From assembly GCA_051313645.2 (NCBI GenBank), contig JBNRSN020000002.1:354392001-354456000 (forward strand): a stretch of DNA of 64,000 bases. The letters are read 5' to 3'. A program made the translations under genes and the position numbers. The notes below the pieces were generated by a model. The model had not been told where the DNA came from. It was given only the letters and a program-made list of their open reading frames with translations, and ran no database searches. Origin of the DNA: Centroscyllium fabricii (taxonomy: Eukaryota). Positions 50,686 to 62,728 of this stretch are shown piece after piece; the first letter of the stretch is position 1; every line of letters starts with the position of its first letter.

Positions 50686-50723
50686 TCACCTGACGAAGGG
50701 GCAGACGCTCCGAAAGCTTGTGA
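50686..50723 (+). ncRNA. Minimal type I hammerhead ribozyme motif
   Basis: TCAC-CTGACGA-A-GGGGC-AGAC-GCTCC-GAAA-GC-TT-GTGA. Confidence 0.75.
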
Positions 50724-50864
50724 TTTAAAATAAAACTGTTGGACTATAACCTGGTGTTGTGTGACTTCTTGCATTTGTCCATTATTGTACTATGCGACTT
50801 CCAGGATGGTAGAAGGTGAACTAGGTCTAGTTTCATCTTGCAAGGCCTATGCAGGAGGACTTGG

Positions 50865-51192
50865 AAACACAGAAGATGGGAGCAGGAGTAGGCCATTCAG
50901 CCCTTTGAGCCTGCTCCGCCATTTTGATGAGATCATGGCTGATCATCCAAACCCAGCAATCCCCCGACACCCCCAACTCTAAGAACTATCTCTCGCACAT
51001 CTTTTTTAGTATCTTCAATTTACCTAACCTGCATGTCTTTGGGTGGTGGGAGGAAACCGGAGTACCGGAGGAAACCCACACGAACGCGGGGAGAACATGC
51101 AAACTCCAGGCAGAGGTGTCCCGGGCCAAGCAGGATTCGAACCCAGGAGCTCCTTATTGCGAGGCAACAGTGCTAACCACTGCCAGCGTGTC
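50865..51192 (-). mobile_element. V-SINE, same subfamily as 13617-14512
   Basis: Reverse complement of the V core and tRNA head. Confidence 0.8.
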
Positions 51193-52319
51193 GTAAAAAC
51201 AACAATGGTAAGGCCACATTTATTGCCCATCTCCAATTGCCCTAAACAGATGCTGGTTGGCCTTAAAAGTTTTCTATATTCATGTGATGAAATTGCTGTG
51301 CGATATTCGCATATGAATGATTTAATCCATTTTGTTTTAATGAAAGTGTATGCTGATATTACAATTGCCACTATCTGAGAATCATAGAATCTTACAGCAC
51401 AGAATGAGGCCATTAAAAATATATAGTTATTCATTCTGGGATTTTAGGATCACCAGCAATGCCAGAATTTACTACCCATCTGTAATTACCTGTGAGAAAG
51501 TGGTGGTGAGCCACTCTCTTGCAGTCCGTCTGATGAATGTACACCCAAAGTGCTGTTATGTCGAGAGTTCCAGGAATTTGACGCAGTGGTGATGAGGGAA
51601 TGTGTCCAAGTCAGGATGGTGTGTGACTTGGAGGGAACTCTGAGGTCATGGTGTTACCAAGCGCCTGCTGTCCTTGTCCTAGGCGGTAGATGTTGTGGGT
51701 TTGGGAGGAGCTGTCGAAAAAACCTTGGTTGGTTGCTGCAGGGCATCCTGTAGATAATATGCACTGCAGTCACAGTGGTGAAGGGAGTGGCCCTGATTGA
51801 ACCCAAACTGAGCATCAATTCATGAGTAAGTGCTGATTGATAGCACTATTGATGACTTCCTTCACTGTTCATGTTTGAGAGTAGGCTGATGAACGGTATT
51901 GGCCAGGTTGGATTTGTAAGGCTTTTCGGGCAGGACGTACCTGTGCATTTTTCCACATTGTTGGGTAGATGCCGGTGGTGAAGGGATGTTTTAGGTGGTG
52001 GATGAGGTGCCAATCAAGCGGACTGCTTTGTCCTGGATGGTGTTGAGCTTCTTGACTGTTGCAGTTGCACCCATCCAGGCAAGTGGAGAGTGTTCCATCA
52101 TGCTCTTGTATATGGTGGAGAGGCTTTCGGAAGTTGGGAGGTGAGCCACTTGCTGCAAAATACCCAGTCTCTGACCTGCTCTAGTAGCCAGGGCATTTAT
52201 GCAGCTGTCCAGTTAAATTTCTGGTCAATGATGACCCCCAGGATGTTTATGGTTGTCGATTTGGCTATGGCAATGCCATTGATGGTCACTGGAGGGTGGT
52301 CAGACTCACTCTTAGAAGA

Positions 52320-54265
52320 TAGAGTAATACAGCACGGAAAGAGGCCCTTCGGCCCATTGTGTCTGCGCCGGCCATCAAACCCTTTCTATTCTAATCCCAT
52401 TTTCCAGCACTTGGTCTGTAGCCTTGTATATTATGGCATCTCAAGTGCTCATCCAAATGCCTCTTAAATGTTGTGAGGGTTCCTGCCTCCACCACCCTTC
52501 CAGGCAGCGAGTTCCAGACTCCAACCACCTTCTGGGTGAAAAGGTTCTTCCTCCAAATCCCCCCTAAACATAGAAACATAGAAACTAGGGAGCAGGAGTA
52601 GGCCCTTCGAGCCTGCTCCGCCATTCAATGAGATCATGGCTGATCATCCAAACCCAGTATCCTGCCCCTGCCCTCTCCCCATATCCCTATCGAGCCTGCA
52701 TCGCCACACATCCCACCCTATCCCCGTAACCCCACATATTCAATTCCCCTAACACTAAGGGTCAATTTATCCTGGCCAATCAACCTAACCCGCACATCTT
52801 TGGACTGTGGGAGGAAACCGGAGCACCCGGAGGAAACCCACGCAGACACGGGGAGAATGTGCAAACTCCACACAGATAGTACCCGAGGCTGGATTTGAAC
52901 CCGGGTCTCCAGTGCTGTGAGACAGCAGTGCTAACCACTGAGCCACCGTGCCGCTGAGCCAACCTCCCGCCCCTTACCTTGAAACTAAGCCCCCTGGTTA
53001 TTGAACCCTCGACTAAAGGGAAAAAGTTCCTTTCTATCTACCCTATCTATGCCCCATATAATTTTGTACACCTCAATCAGGTCCCCCCTCAGTCTTCTCT
53101 GCTCTAAGGAAAACAACCCCAGCCTGTCCAGTCTTTCTTCATAGCTGAAGCGCTCCAGCCCAGGTAACATTCTGGTGAATCTCTTCTGCACCCTCTCCAA
53201 AGCAATCACATCCTATAGTGGGGCGACCAGAACTGCACACAGTATTCCAGCTGTGGCCTTACTAGCGCTTCGTACAGCTCCATCATAACCTCCCTGCTCT
53301 TATATTCTATACCTCGGCTAATGAAGGCAAGTATCCCATATGCCTTTTTAACCACCTTATCGACCTGTCCTGCTGCCTTCAGGGATCTATGTACATGCAC
53401 ACCAAGGTCCCTCTGATCCTCTGTCTTTTCTAGGGTCTAACCATTAATTGTGTATTCCCTTGCGTTGTTAGTCCTCCCAAAATGCATCACCTCACACTTT
53501 TCATGATTAAATTCCATCTGCCACTGTTCTGCCCATCTGACCAACCCATCTATATCGTCCTGCAGATTGAGGCTTCCCTCCTCGCTATTTACCATACCAC
53601 CAATATTCGTGTCGTCTGTGAACTTACTAATCATACCTTTTACGTTCATATCTAAATCATTAATGTAGACTACAAACAGCAAGGGACCCAGCACCGATCC
53701 CTGCGGTACCCCACTGGACACAGCCTTCCAGTCACAAAAACAACCTTCGACCATCATCCTCTGCCTGCTGTCACTCAGCCAGTTTTGGATCCAACGTGCC
53801 AAGGTGCCCTGGATCCCATGGGCTCTTACCTTCTTGACCAGTCTCCTATGTGGGACTTTATCAAAAGCCTTCCTGAAATCCTTGTATACCACATCCATTG
53901 CACTACCCTCATCCACACACCTAGTCACCCCCTTGAAAAATTCAGTCAAATTGGTCAGACATGATCTTCCCTTGACAAAGCCATGCTGACTATCCTTGAT
54001 TAATCCTTGCCTCTCCAAGTGGAGACTAATTCTGTAACTCAGAATTTTTTCCAATAATTTCCCTACCACTGATGTTAGGCTCACTGGCCTATAGTTCCCC
54101 GGTTTATCCCTGCTACCCTTTTTGAATAATGGTACTATGTTAGCTGTTCTCCAGTCCTCCGGTACATCCCCTGTGGCTAGAGAGGTTCTGAAAATTTGTG
54201 TCAGAGCCCCTACGATCTCTTCCTTTGCCTCACAGCAGCCTGGGATACACCTCGTCCGAGCCTGG
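52320..54265 (-). mobile_element. CR1 young copy with a V-SINE inserted at ~52568-52960
   Basis: ORF 53437-54285 RT motifs; near-identical to 3880-5468, which lacks the SINE. Confidence 0.9.
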
Positions 54266-54269
54266 GGAT

Positions 54270-55995
54270 TTATTGAGATGGTCATTATCTGTCACCTGTG
54301 TGGTGCAAATGTCACTTGTAACTTAGAGCCTGGATGTTGTCCAGGTCTTGCTGCATGTGGGGCAGGACTGCTTCATTATCTGAGTAATTGTGAATGGGAC
54401 GGCACACTGAAATCATCAGCGAACAGCCCCATTTCTGAATTTACGATGGAGGAAAGGTCACTGACGATGCAGCTGAAGATGGTTCTGGTCTAGTACGCTG
54501 CCCTGAGGGCTGCGATGATTGGTTTCCCAACAACCACTACCATCCTTCTTTGTGCTAGGCATGACTCCAGCCAGTGCAGAGTTTTCCACCTGATCCCATT
54601 GACTTCAATTATCCTAGAGCTCCTTGGTACCAGACTCAGTCAAATGTTGCCTTGATGTCAAGGGCAGTCACTCTCCCCTCACCTCTGGAATTCAGCTCCT
54701 TTGTCCATGTTTGGACCAAGCCTGTAATGAGGTCTGGTGTCGAGTGGCCCTGGCAGAACCCAAACTGAGCATCAATTCATGAGTAAGTGCTGATTGATAG
54801 CACTATTGACGACTCCTTTCACTGCTCCTGTTTGAGAGTAGACTGATAGAACGGTAATTGGCCAGGTTGGATTTGTAAGGTTTTTGGGGCCAGGATGTAC
54901 CTGGGCATTTTCCCACATTATCGGGTAGATGCCCATGTTGTAGCTGTACTGGGACAGCTTGCTAGAGTCACAGCTAGTTCTGGAGCACAAGTCTTCATCA
55001 GTACAGCCAAGCTATTATCGGGTCCTGTATAGTGTAGTGTTTGATATGTCCAGTGCGCTCAGCCACTTCTTGATATTGTGTTGAGTGAATCGAATTTGCT
55101 GAAGATTGGCATCTGTGATGGTGAGGACTTAAGGAGTACGATCATCCACTCAGCACTTCTGGCTGAAGATGATTACGAACACTTCAGCCTTGTCCTTTGT
55201 ACTCATGCTGGGTTGTACCATCATTGAGGGTGTGGATGTTTATTGAGCCTCCTCCTCCCGTTTGTTGCTTAATTGCCCACCACCATTCGCAACTAGATGT
55301 GGAAGCAATGCAGAGCCTTGATATATTGTGCGACCGCTTAGCTCTATCTACAGCATGCTGCTTCTGCTGTTTAGAGTCCATGTAATTCAGTGCTGTAGTT
55401 TCACCAGGTTGTCACCTCATTTTCAGCTGCTCTTAGTGCTGCTCCCAGCTTGCTCTTCTTTGCTTCTCATTGGACCAGGGTTGGTTGGCATGATGGTGAG
55501 GGAAATGCTGGGCTATGAGATTACAGATTGTGTAATACAGTTCTGCTGCTGCTGCTGACGACCCACAACACCTCATGGATACCCAGTTTTGAGCTGCTGC
55601 ATCTGTTCTTAACCTATCCCACTTATCATGATGGTAGTGCCCCACAACACGATGGAGGGTGTCCTTATTGTGGAGCTGGGACTTGGCCTCCACAAGAACT
55701 GTCCGGTGGTCACTCCTATCAATACTGTTATGGAGAGGTGCATCTGCATCAGGCAGATTGGTGACGATGAAGTCAAGTAGGTTATGTTATTGTGTTTGTG
55801 TTTTCATCACCTGCCGTAAGCCTAGTCTGGTAGGTATGTCCTTCTGGACTCTGCCAGCTCGGTCAGTGGTGGTAGTACCAAGCTTCTCTTGCCAATGTAC
55901 GTTGAAATCTCCCACCCAGAGTGTATTCTGTGCCCCTGCTACCCTCAGTGCTGCTTCTTCTAAGTGGTGTTCAACATGGAGGAGTACTGATTCAT
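54270..55995 (-). mobile_element. Degenerate non-LTR element, same family as 23795-25955
   Basis: LWVGDFNVH endonuclease motif and shared nucleotide blocks; further pieces at 51440-52310 and 26665-27080. Confidence 0.75.
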
Positions 55996-56681
55996 CTTTA
56001 GAGATGATAGAGAGGGGAAAAGGGTAGGTAGAGTAGCTGTACTTATTGGGGATAACATAATGGCAGTAGAAAAAAGTGTTGCAGCTATCAGCAAGATAAA
56101 AATAGAATCCATGTGGATAGTGATAATCAAAAGGATTAGTCACACTAATAGGGGTAGTCTACAGACCACTTAATAGTGGAAGGCAGGTGGAAGTAAAATA
56201 TGCAGACAAATTAAGGCAATCAATTAACAACGTAGAATAATAATCATGGGCGATTTCAACTATCCAGATATTAATTGGTCAGAAGACGTAGGTAAAGGGG
56301 AAAAGGGAATGGAGTTCCTAAAATGTCTACAGGACTCCTTTCTAACCCAATATGTATAAAGCCCAACAAGGGAGGATTCGCTATTGGATCCAGTAATGGG
56401 GAATGAACCAGAGCAGATAAGAGAAGTAAAAGGGGAACATCAAGGCAATAATGACCATAATATACGCTTTAAGATAATAATTGAGAAGGACCTAAGCATG
56501 ACCAAGACCAGGGTAATTGATTGGAGAAAAGCTGATTTTGAGGGGTTGAAAATAGAACTTGGCAAAATAAAATGGACAACAGCATTGGCAAACAATGATG
56601 TAGAACAGCAATGGGAAACATTTAAAACGATGTTCAACAGAGTCCAGGAAAAAATATTGTGCTAATAAACAAGAACAAGCT

Positions 56682-56988
56682 ACGGTGGCATAGTGGTTAG
56701 CACTGTTGCCTCACAGCGCTAGAGACCCGGGTTCAAATCCGGCCTCGGGTACTATCTGTGTGGAGTTTGCACAATCTCCCCGTGTCTGCGTGGGTTTCCT
56801 CCGGGTGCTCCGGTTTCCTCCCACAGTCCAAAAATGTGCGGGTTAGGTTGATTGGCCAGGATAAATTGACACTTAGTGTTAGGGGGATTAAATATGTGGG
56901 GTTACGGTGATAGGGTGGGATATGTGTCGGTGCAGGCTCGAAGGGCCGAAATGGCCTCAATCTGCACTGTAGGGATTCTATGATTCTA
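56682..56988 (+). mobile_element. V-SINE, near full length
   Basis: A-box TGGCATAGTGG, B-box GGTTCAAATCC, V core, tail. Confidence 0.85.
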
Positions 56989-57190
56989 AACACTAATGAG
57001 ACACCATGGATGAGTAAAGCCGTAAGGGAAACATTGAGGGTAAGGAAAGAGGCATACATTAAGTACATGGATAGCAGGGGAGCGCATGATATGGGAGAAT
57101 ATGAAGGGATTAGGAGTGAAGCCAAAAAAACGATTCGGAAGGTAAGGAGGAACTATGAAATTAAATCATCAAGGAACATAAAACAAAATA

Positions 57191-57698
57191 CAGGTACACA
57201 ATCCTTTATCCGCTACTCCGAAAGCCGAAAACCTCCAAAAAACGAAATTACAAATGACCTGAATTGCGCACAAAATATGACCCGGCGCTCAGGCCACGAT
57301 GGCCTCGATGCTCTCGGCGCCCGGCCGCGCAGGCCCCGATGCGCCCGCCCACGCAGGCCCCGATGCACCCGACGGCCTGACGCCCCTGACGCTCCCGGCA
57401 CCTGTCGGCCCCGATGCAGCTGACGGCCCCGAAGCTACCGGCACCCGACGCTCCCTCCACCCGACAGCCCCGCGCTCCAAACACCCGACGGCCCCGATGC
57501 ACCCGACGCACCGATATTTTTACAAATAAACTTTACTAGAGTATTTATAAACTGCTTATAGTCTTTATTTATCCCACTTTTTGTGAATATTCACAACGTT
57601 CATGCAGAGATATTAATGTTAATGCGACCATTCCCAAAACCGAAAATATCCGATAACTGTCCGCTCCCAAGGTTTTCGGATAAATGATTGTGTACCTG
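57191..57698. mobile_element. Tigger-like MITE, family B
   Basis: TA|CAGGTACACAATCCTTTATCCG ... CGGATAAATGATTGTGTACCTG|TA. Confidence 0.88.
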
Positions 57699-58707
57699 TA
57701 GTAAAATATTTTACAGGCACATAATTTTTTTTTTAAAAGGTAGGTCGGGATGGGAATAGGGCCACTAAGGGGTGGAGAGGATAATACCACAGGCAGCAAC
57801 AGAGAGATGGTGGAGATATTAAATCATTACTTTGCTTCAGTATTTACCAGGGAGATAGAACAGGTGGAGATAGCATCGGAATATGAGATTAGTAATAAGT
57901 TAACTACATTTAAAATAAAACGAGATGTACTGAATAAACTAATGAAACTCAGGATAAAACCCTTACATCCACGCATTTTAAAAGAAGCAAGGGAAGAAAT
58001 AGCAGAGGCATTATTACACATAGTAATTCATTAGAAAAAGGTGCAGTGCCAGAGGACTGGTGGATCGCTAATGTAATACCTATAATTAAGAAGGGGGATA
58101 GAATCTGTTCAGGGAATTATAGGCCAGTCAGCTTAACATCAGTGGTAGGAAAAATAATGGAATTCATACTAAGGGAGAAAGTGGAAGAACATCCAGAAAA
58201 CAAACATATAATAAATAGCATGGATTTGAAAAGGGAACATCTTGCTTGACCAACCTAATTGAATTTTTTGAAGAGGTAACAGAGAGAGTAGACAAGGGTA
58301 ATGCAGTAGATGTCATTTATCTAGAGTTTCAAAAGGCCTTCGATAAGTTACCACATAATAGACTAATGAATAAAGTCAGGGAATGCGTGGTCGGGACAAG
58401 CAGCAGAATGGATAGTTAGCTGGTTTCAAGACAAAGCAGAGAGTAGGGGTAAAGGGTAGCTATTCAGTGGCAGAAGGTGGGAAGTGGTGTTCCACAAGGA
58501 TCAGTGCTGGGACCACTGTTCACAATTTATATTAATGATTTAGACTTTGAATCAGAAGCACAATTTCTAAATTTGTGGATGACACCAAATTGGGGGGCGA
58601 TAGCCAATAAGGAGGAGGACTGCAACAAGTTACAAGAATACATTGATAAACTTGCAGAATGGGCATATTATTGCCAAATGAAATTCAACACAGATGAATA
58701 TGAGCTA

Positions 58708-59389
58708 CAGGTACACAATCCTTTATCCAAAAACCTCGGGACTGGGTGGTCTTCGGTTTTCGGATAATTTCGGTTTTCGGATGGTCTAATTCCAATGGCA
58801 AAGGAAATTGGACCGAGTGTAAAACAGGCTACCGATTCGCTATCACCTGTTTCGCAATAATGCTCAATATAAATTCCTCCCCATAATACTCCAAACAGCG
58901 CTTTAAACTTAAATAATCTGGATTTAAAATGGCTTTTTTTTCCACCCAGAAGAGATTTGTCTGGAAGGAGTTGACATCTGCCAGCCATTTTGTTCGTAAT
59001 TGTTGGGGACAAGGAGGAGATAATGACAGCTAACCAACACACAGATGGATAATTACAATTATTTTTAATGGATTGCCGTGTTGGCAGCCCGGTGCGGAAC
59101 GGCGCTCTGTGCATTGCCGTGTTGGCGGCCCAGTGCGCAGGTGTGTAATGGCGCTCTGCGCAGGCGCATTGCCGTCCTCAGAAATGGAAGAGACTCCCCT
59201 GGGAGACGGTAGGAGATTGTGGGCTTGGGGAGGAATTGTACCCGCAGGTGGGCTGGAAACCCAGTTTTGGCCTCAGGCCCCAATTAGATTTAGGTTTGTG
59301 CTCCAAAACGGGTCATGTGACGCTCCGAAAAAACTTGGTTTTCGGAGCTTTTCGGTTTTTAGAGTTGCGGATAAAGGATTGTGTACCTG
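58708..59389. mobile_element. Tigger-like MITE with family B ends and a different interior
   Basis: TA|CAGGTACACAATCCTTTATCC ... GGATAAAGGATTGTGTACCTG|TA. Confidence 0.88.
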
Positions 59390-59839
59390 TATTACATTTT
59401 GTAAGAAAACTAAGGAGGCCACATATTACTTGGAAAATCAGAATCTAAATGGGGAAGAGGAGCAAAGGGTTCTAGGAGTACAAATGCACACATCACGAAA
59501 AGCATCGACACAGGTTTACAAGGCCATTTAAAAAAAAAAAGCAAACCAATAACTAGGGTTTATTTCTAGAGGGGTAGAATTGAAAAGTAGTGAAGTTATA
59601 CTAAACTTGTATCGAACCTTGCTTAGCCCACACTTGGAGCACTGTGTACAATTTTGGTCGCCATATAAAAAGGTTATAGAGGCACTGGCGAGGGTGCAGA
59701 GAAGATTAGCAAGGATGATACCAGAAATGCGAGGGTACACCTATCAGGAAAGGATAAACAGGCTGGGTATCTTTTCTCTTGAAACGAGAAGGCTAGGGGT
59801 GACCTAATAGAGGTCTTTTAAAATCATGAAAGGTTTTAA

Positions 59840-61350
59840 GAACATAAGAAATAGGGGCAGGAGTAGGTCATTCGGCCCCTCGAGACTGCTCCACCATTCA
59901 GTAAGATCATGGCTGAACTTCGACGTCAAATCTACTTTCCTGCACTATCCCTTGATTCCCTTAATATCCAAAAATGTATCGATCTCTGTCTTGAGTATAC
60001 TCAATGACTGAGCCTGCACAGCCCTCTGGGGTAGAGAATTCTAAAGAATCACCACCCTCTGAGTGAAGAAATTTCTCCTCATCTCAGTCCTAAATGGCTG
60101 ACCCCTGGTTCTAGACTCCCCAGCCATGGGAAACATCCTCTCTGCATCTACCCTGTCAAGCCCTGTAAAAATGTTGTATGTTTCAATGAGATCACCTCTC
60201 ATTCTTCTAAACTCCTTGAGAATATATGCCTAGTCTACTCAATCTCTCCTCATAGGACAATCCCCCATTCCAGGAATTAGTCTGGTGAACCTTCGTTCCA
60301 CTCCCTCCATGGCAAGTATATCCTTCCTTAGGTAAGGAGACCAAAACTCTACACAATACTCCAGGTGTGGTCTCACCAGGGCCCAATATAATTGCAGTGA
60401 GATGCATTTGCTCTTCTACTCAAATCCTCTTGTAATAAAGGGCAACATACTATTTGCTTTCCTAATTGCTTTCTGTACCTGCATGTTAACTTTCATGTGA
60501 TTCATGTACAGGTTGAAGTTGGTTAATCCGGCAGGGTTGGGACCAGCACCCTGCCGGATTGTTGAAAACACCAAATTATTGAAGCCACGGCGACACATGC
60601 GCAGAGCATTCAAAATGGCCACCGCAAAATTTTCAGTGCTCTGCGCATGCGCTCACACCGGTACCTGGCAGTTGATTTTCGGCCCCAGGGTCGGGTGGAA
60701 CTCGCACTCGATTCTGCTGCGGATCAGGAGCGGGCTGCACGGCTCCAGCGGGCCTGAGGCCGAATGCGTGGCTCATGTGACGCCACCGCACGCCAGCTTC
60801 GGAACGCGGTGACGTCAGCACGCAGCCATCGATTCTGCTGCGGATCAGGGAGCGGCCTGCACGGCTGCAGCGGGCCTGAGGCCCAATGCGTGGCTCAAGC
60901 CCGGCTCCCGTGACGCCACTGCACGCCAGCTTCGGAACGCGGTGACGTCAGCACGCAGCCAGGCAGGAGCCTCCGGCAGCAATGGGCACCGAGCATTGCC
61001 TGTATCGCATCCTGCGAAAGGCGGCTGGCACAACAGCTTATCGCTGGGCCTGGGATTCACCATTGGCATCGGGGTGGTCACTAAGCCGGGATCCAGTGAG
61101 TATATGTCAGGTGGAAGGGAAGCCCAGCCCCGACGGTGGCCATTTTGAATTGTCTGCGCATGCGCCGGGCAGTCGGGAAAATCTGTGCCGAACGACTGAA
61201 GCTGCTGGTTTTTCGAGTGCCGGATTAATGAACTTTAACCTGCACAAGGACACCCAGGTCCCTTTGAACACCAACATCCCTATCTCTCCCTATTTAAAAT
61301 ACCTGTATTCTGCTTTTCTAGTTTTCCTACCAAAGTGGGTACCTTCACAT
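59840..61350 (-). mobile_element. CR1 3' end split by a MITE
   Basis: Same subfamily as 3075-5690. Confidence 0.8.
60509..61242. mobile_element. Tigger-like MITE related to family A, with an internal tandem duplication
   Basis: TA|CAGGTTGAAGTTGGTTAATCCGGCA ... TGCCGGATTAATGAACTTTAACCTG|CA; ~60708-60828 is repeated at ~60829-60960. Confidence 0.8.
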
Positions 61351-61864
61351 TTCTCAATAGAATATATATTCGTTGAGAATTTTGGGATATTTCTTTAAAT
61401 GTTGGCCACTGCTTATCTACCGTCATACCTTTTTATCTAATTTCCCAATCTACTTCAGCCAACTCACCCCTCAAACCTATGTAGTTGGCTGTATTTAAGT
61501 TGAAGACTCTAGTATAGTATTAAAGTATGTCACTCTCAAACTCGATGTGAAATTCTATCATTATGATCACTCCTCCCCAGAAGATCCTTTACTATGAGAT
61601 TATTAATTAACCCTGCCTCATTACACAATACTCTAAAATAATCTGTTCCCTGGTTGGTTCCATGATGTATTATTCTGGGAAACTCTTTCAAATTTGATAG
61701 AGTAGATACAGAGAGAGTGTTTCCACTTGCGGGGAAGAGCAAATGTACAGGCCATCAATATAAGATAGTTACCAAACAATAGGGAATTCAGAATAAACTT
61801 CTTTACTCAGAGTCTTGATAATCTGTAACTCGCTACCACAGGGACTGGTGAAGCGAATAGTATA

Positions 61865-62728
61865 CATGGCGTGAACAAAAAACCACTTGCCTGGGACAAG
61901 CAAAATGCGCTGACTGGCAAGTAAAACAAAATCAGACTTGCCCGACCCGGGCAAGTGCGGTGGATCCCGCCCTGGAGGCGGGTGAGGTTTGGCCGGGGGG
62001 CAGGCGCGTGGCGGGGATTGGAGGAGGCGGCGTGTCAATCGGGACGGGGCAGCAATCCAGTTAGGTGGAGCGGGCTGGTGGTAACAACAGAAAGTGCTGA
62101 GGGGGGGTGGGGGGCTCGGCGGGCTGGGCAGCATCGAGGGTGGGGGGGCTCGACGGGCCGGGCAGCATCGGGGGGGGGGGGGGGGTGTTGCTCAGCGGGT
62201 CGCGCGCCGTGGGGGGGAAGGGAGGGTGCTCGGCAGACCAGGCTCCATGGGATATGGGGGGGGGGGGGGGCTCCGTGGGCCGGGCAGCATCGGGGGAGAG
62301 AGGTGTGAAGTCGACGTCTCGGGTTGGGACCCTTTGAGAGGCGCTGCGATTCCTGCTCCTCCAGGCAGCTGGGAGTGTCCGAGCGCCGAGTTCAATCCCT
62401 TTGTGAGGTTCGGGGACACTGACCACCCAGAGACTGAATCCAGGGACACTGACACCCAGACACCGAATCCAGGGATACTGACTCCCCGAGACCGAATCCA
62501 GGGACACTGACTGACTCGCAGAGACCGAATCCAGGGATGCTGACACAGAGAGACCGAATCCAGGGACAGTCCAGGGCACGACAAAACCACTTGCCCGCTC
62601 GAGGCCACGGGCACGGGTGGGTGGATCCCACCCTGGAGGTGGGTGCGAATGGCTGGCGGGGCCGGCGGCGTGGCGGTGATTGGAGGAGGCAGCGTGTCCA
62701 TCGGGATGGGACAGCAGTTGGGTTAGGT
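61865..62728 (+). mobile_element. CAGGG hAT-like element, left part, with a short 29-bp array
   Basis: Colinear with 37509-38760; about 6 units at 62410-62570. Confidence 0.8.

Larger units (their letters stand above)
49856..50780. mobile_element. Fold-back Penelope-like element (family 1): ~350-bp inverted repeats around a GIY-YIG C-terminal remnant
   Basis: ~49885-50234 is the reverse complement of ~50432-50781; the spacer reads QECSLPVGEHF...EQRLIAKFRTHEDGLNRD; TSD TCCATT(G/A)TTGTA. Confidence 0.9.
56000..59835 (+). mobile_element. Degenerate CR1 ORF2 (endonuclease + RT) with three nested insertions
   Basis: [43 protein letters not shown] and HLEHCVQFWSP. Confidence 0.85.

Noticed and set aside
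56682-56750. tRNA gene (also 13617, 15515, ~52890)
   Set aside because: A/B boxes run directly into SINE core sequence; these are SINE heads.
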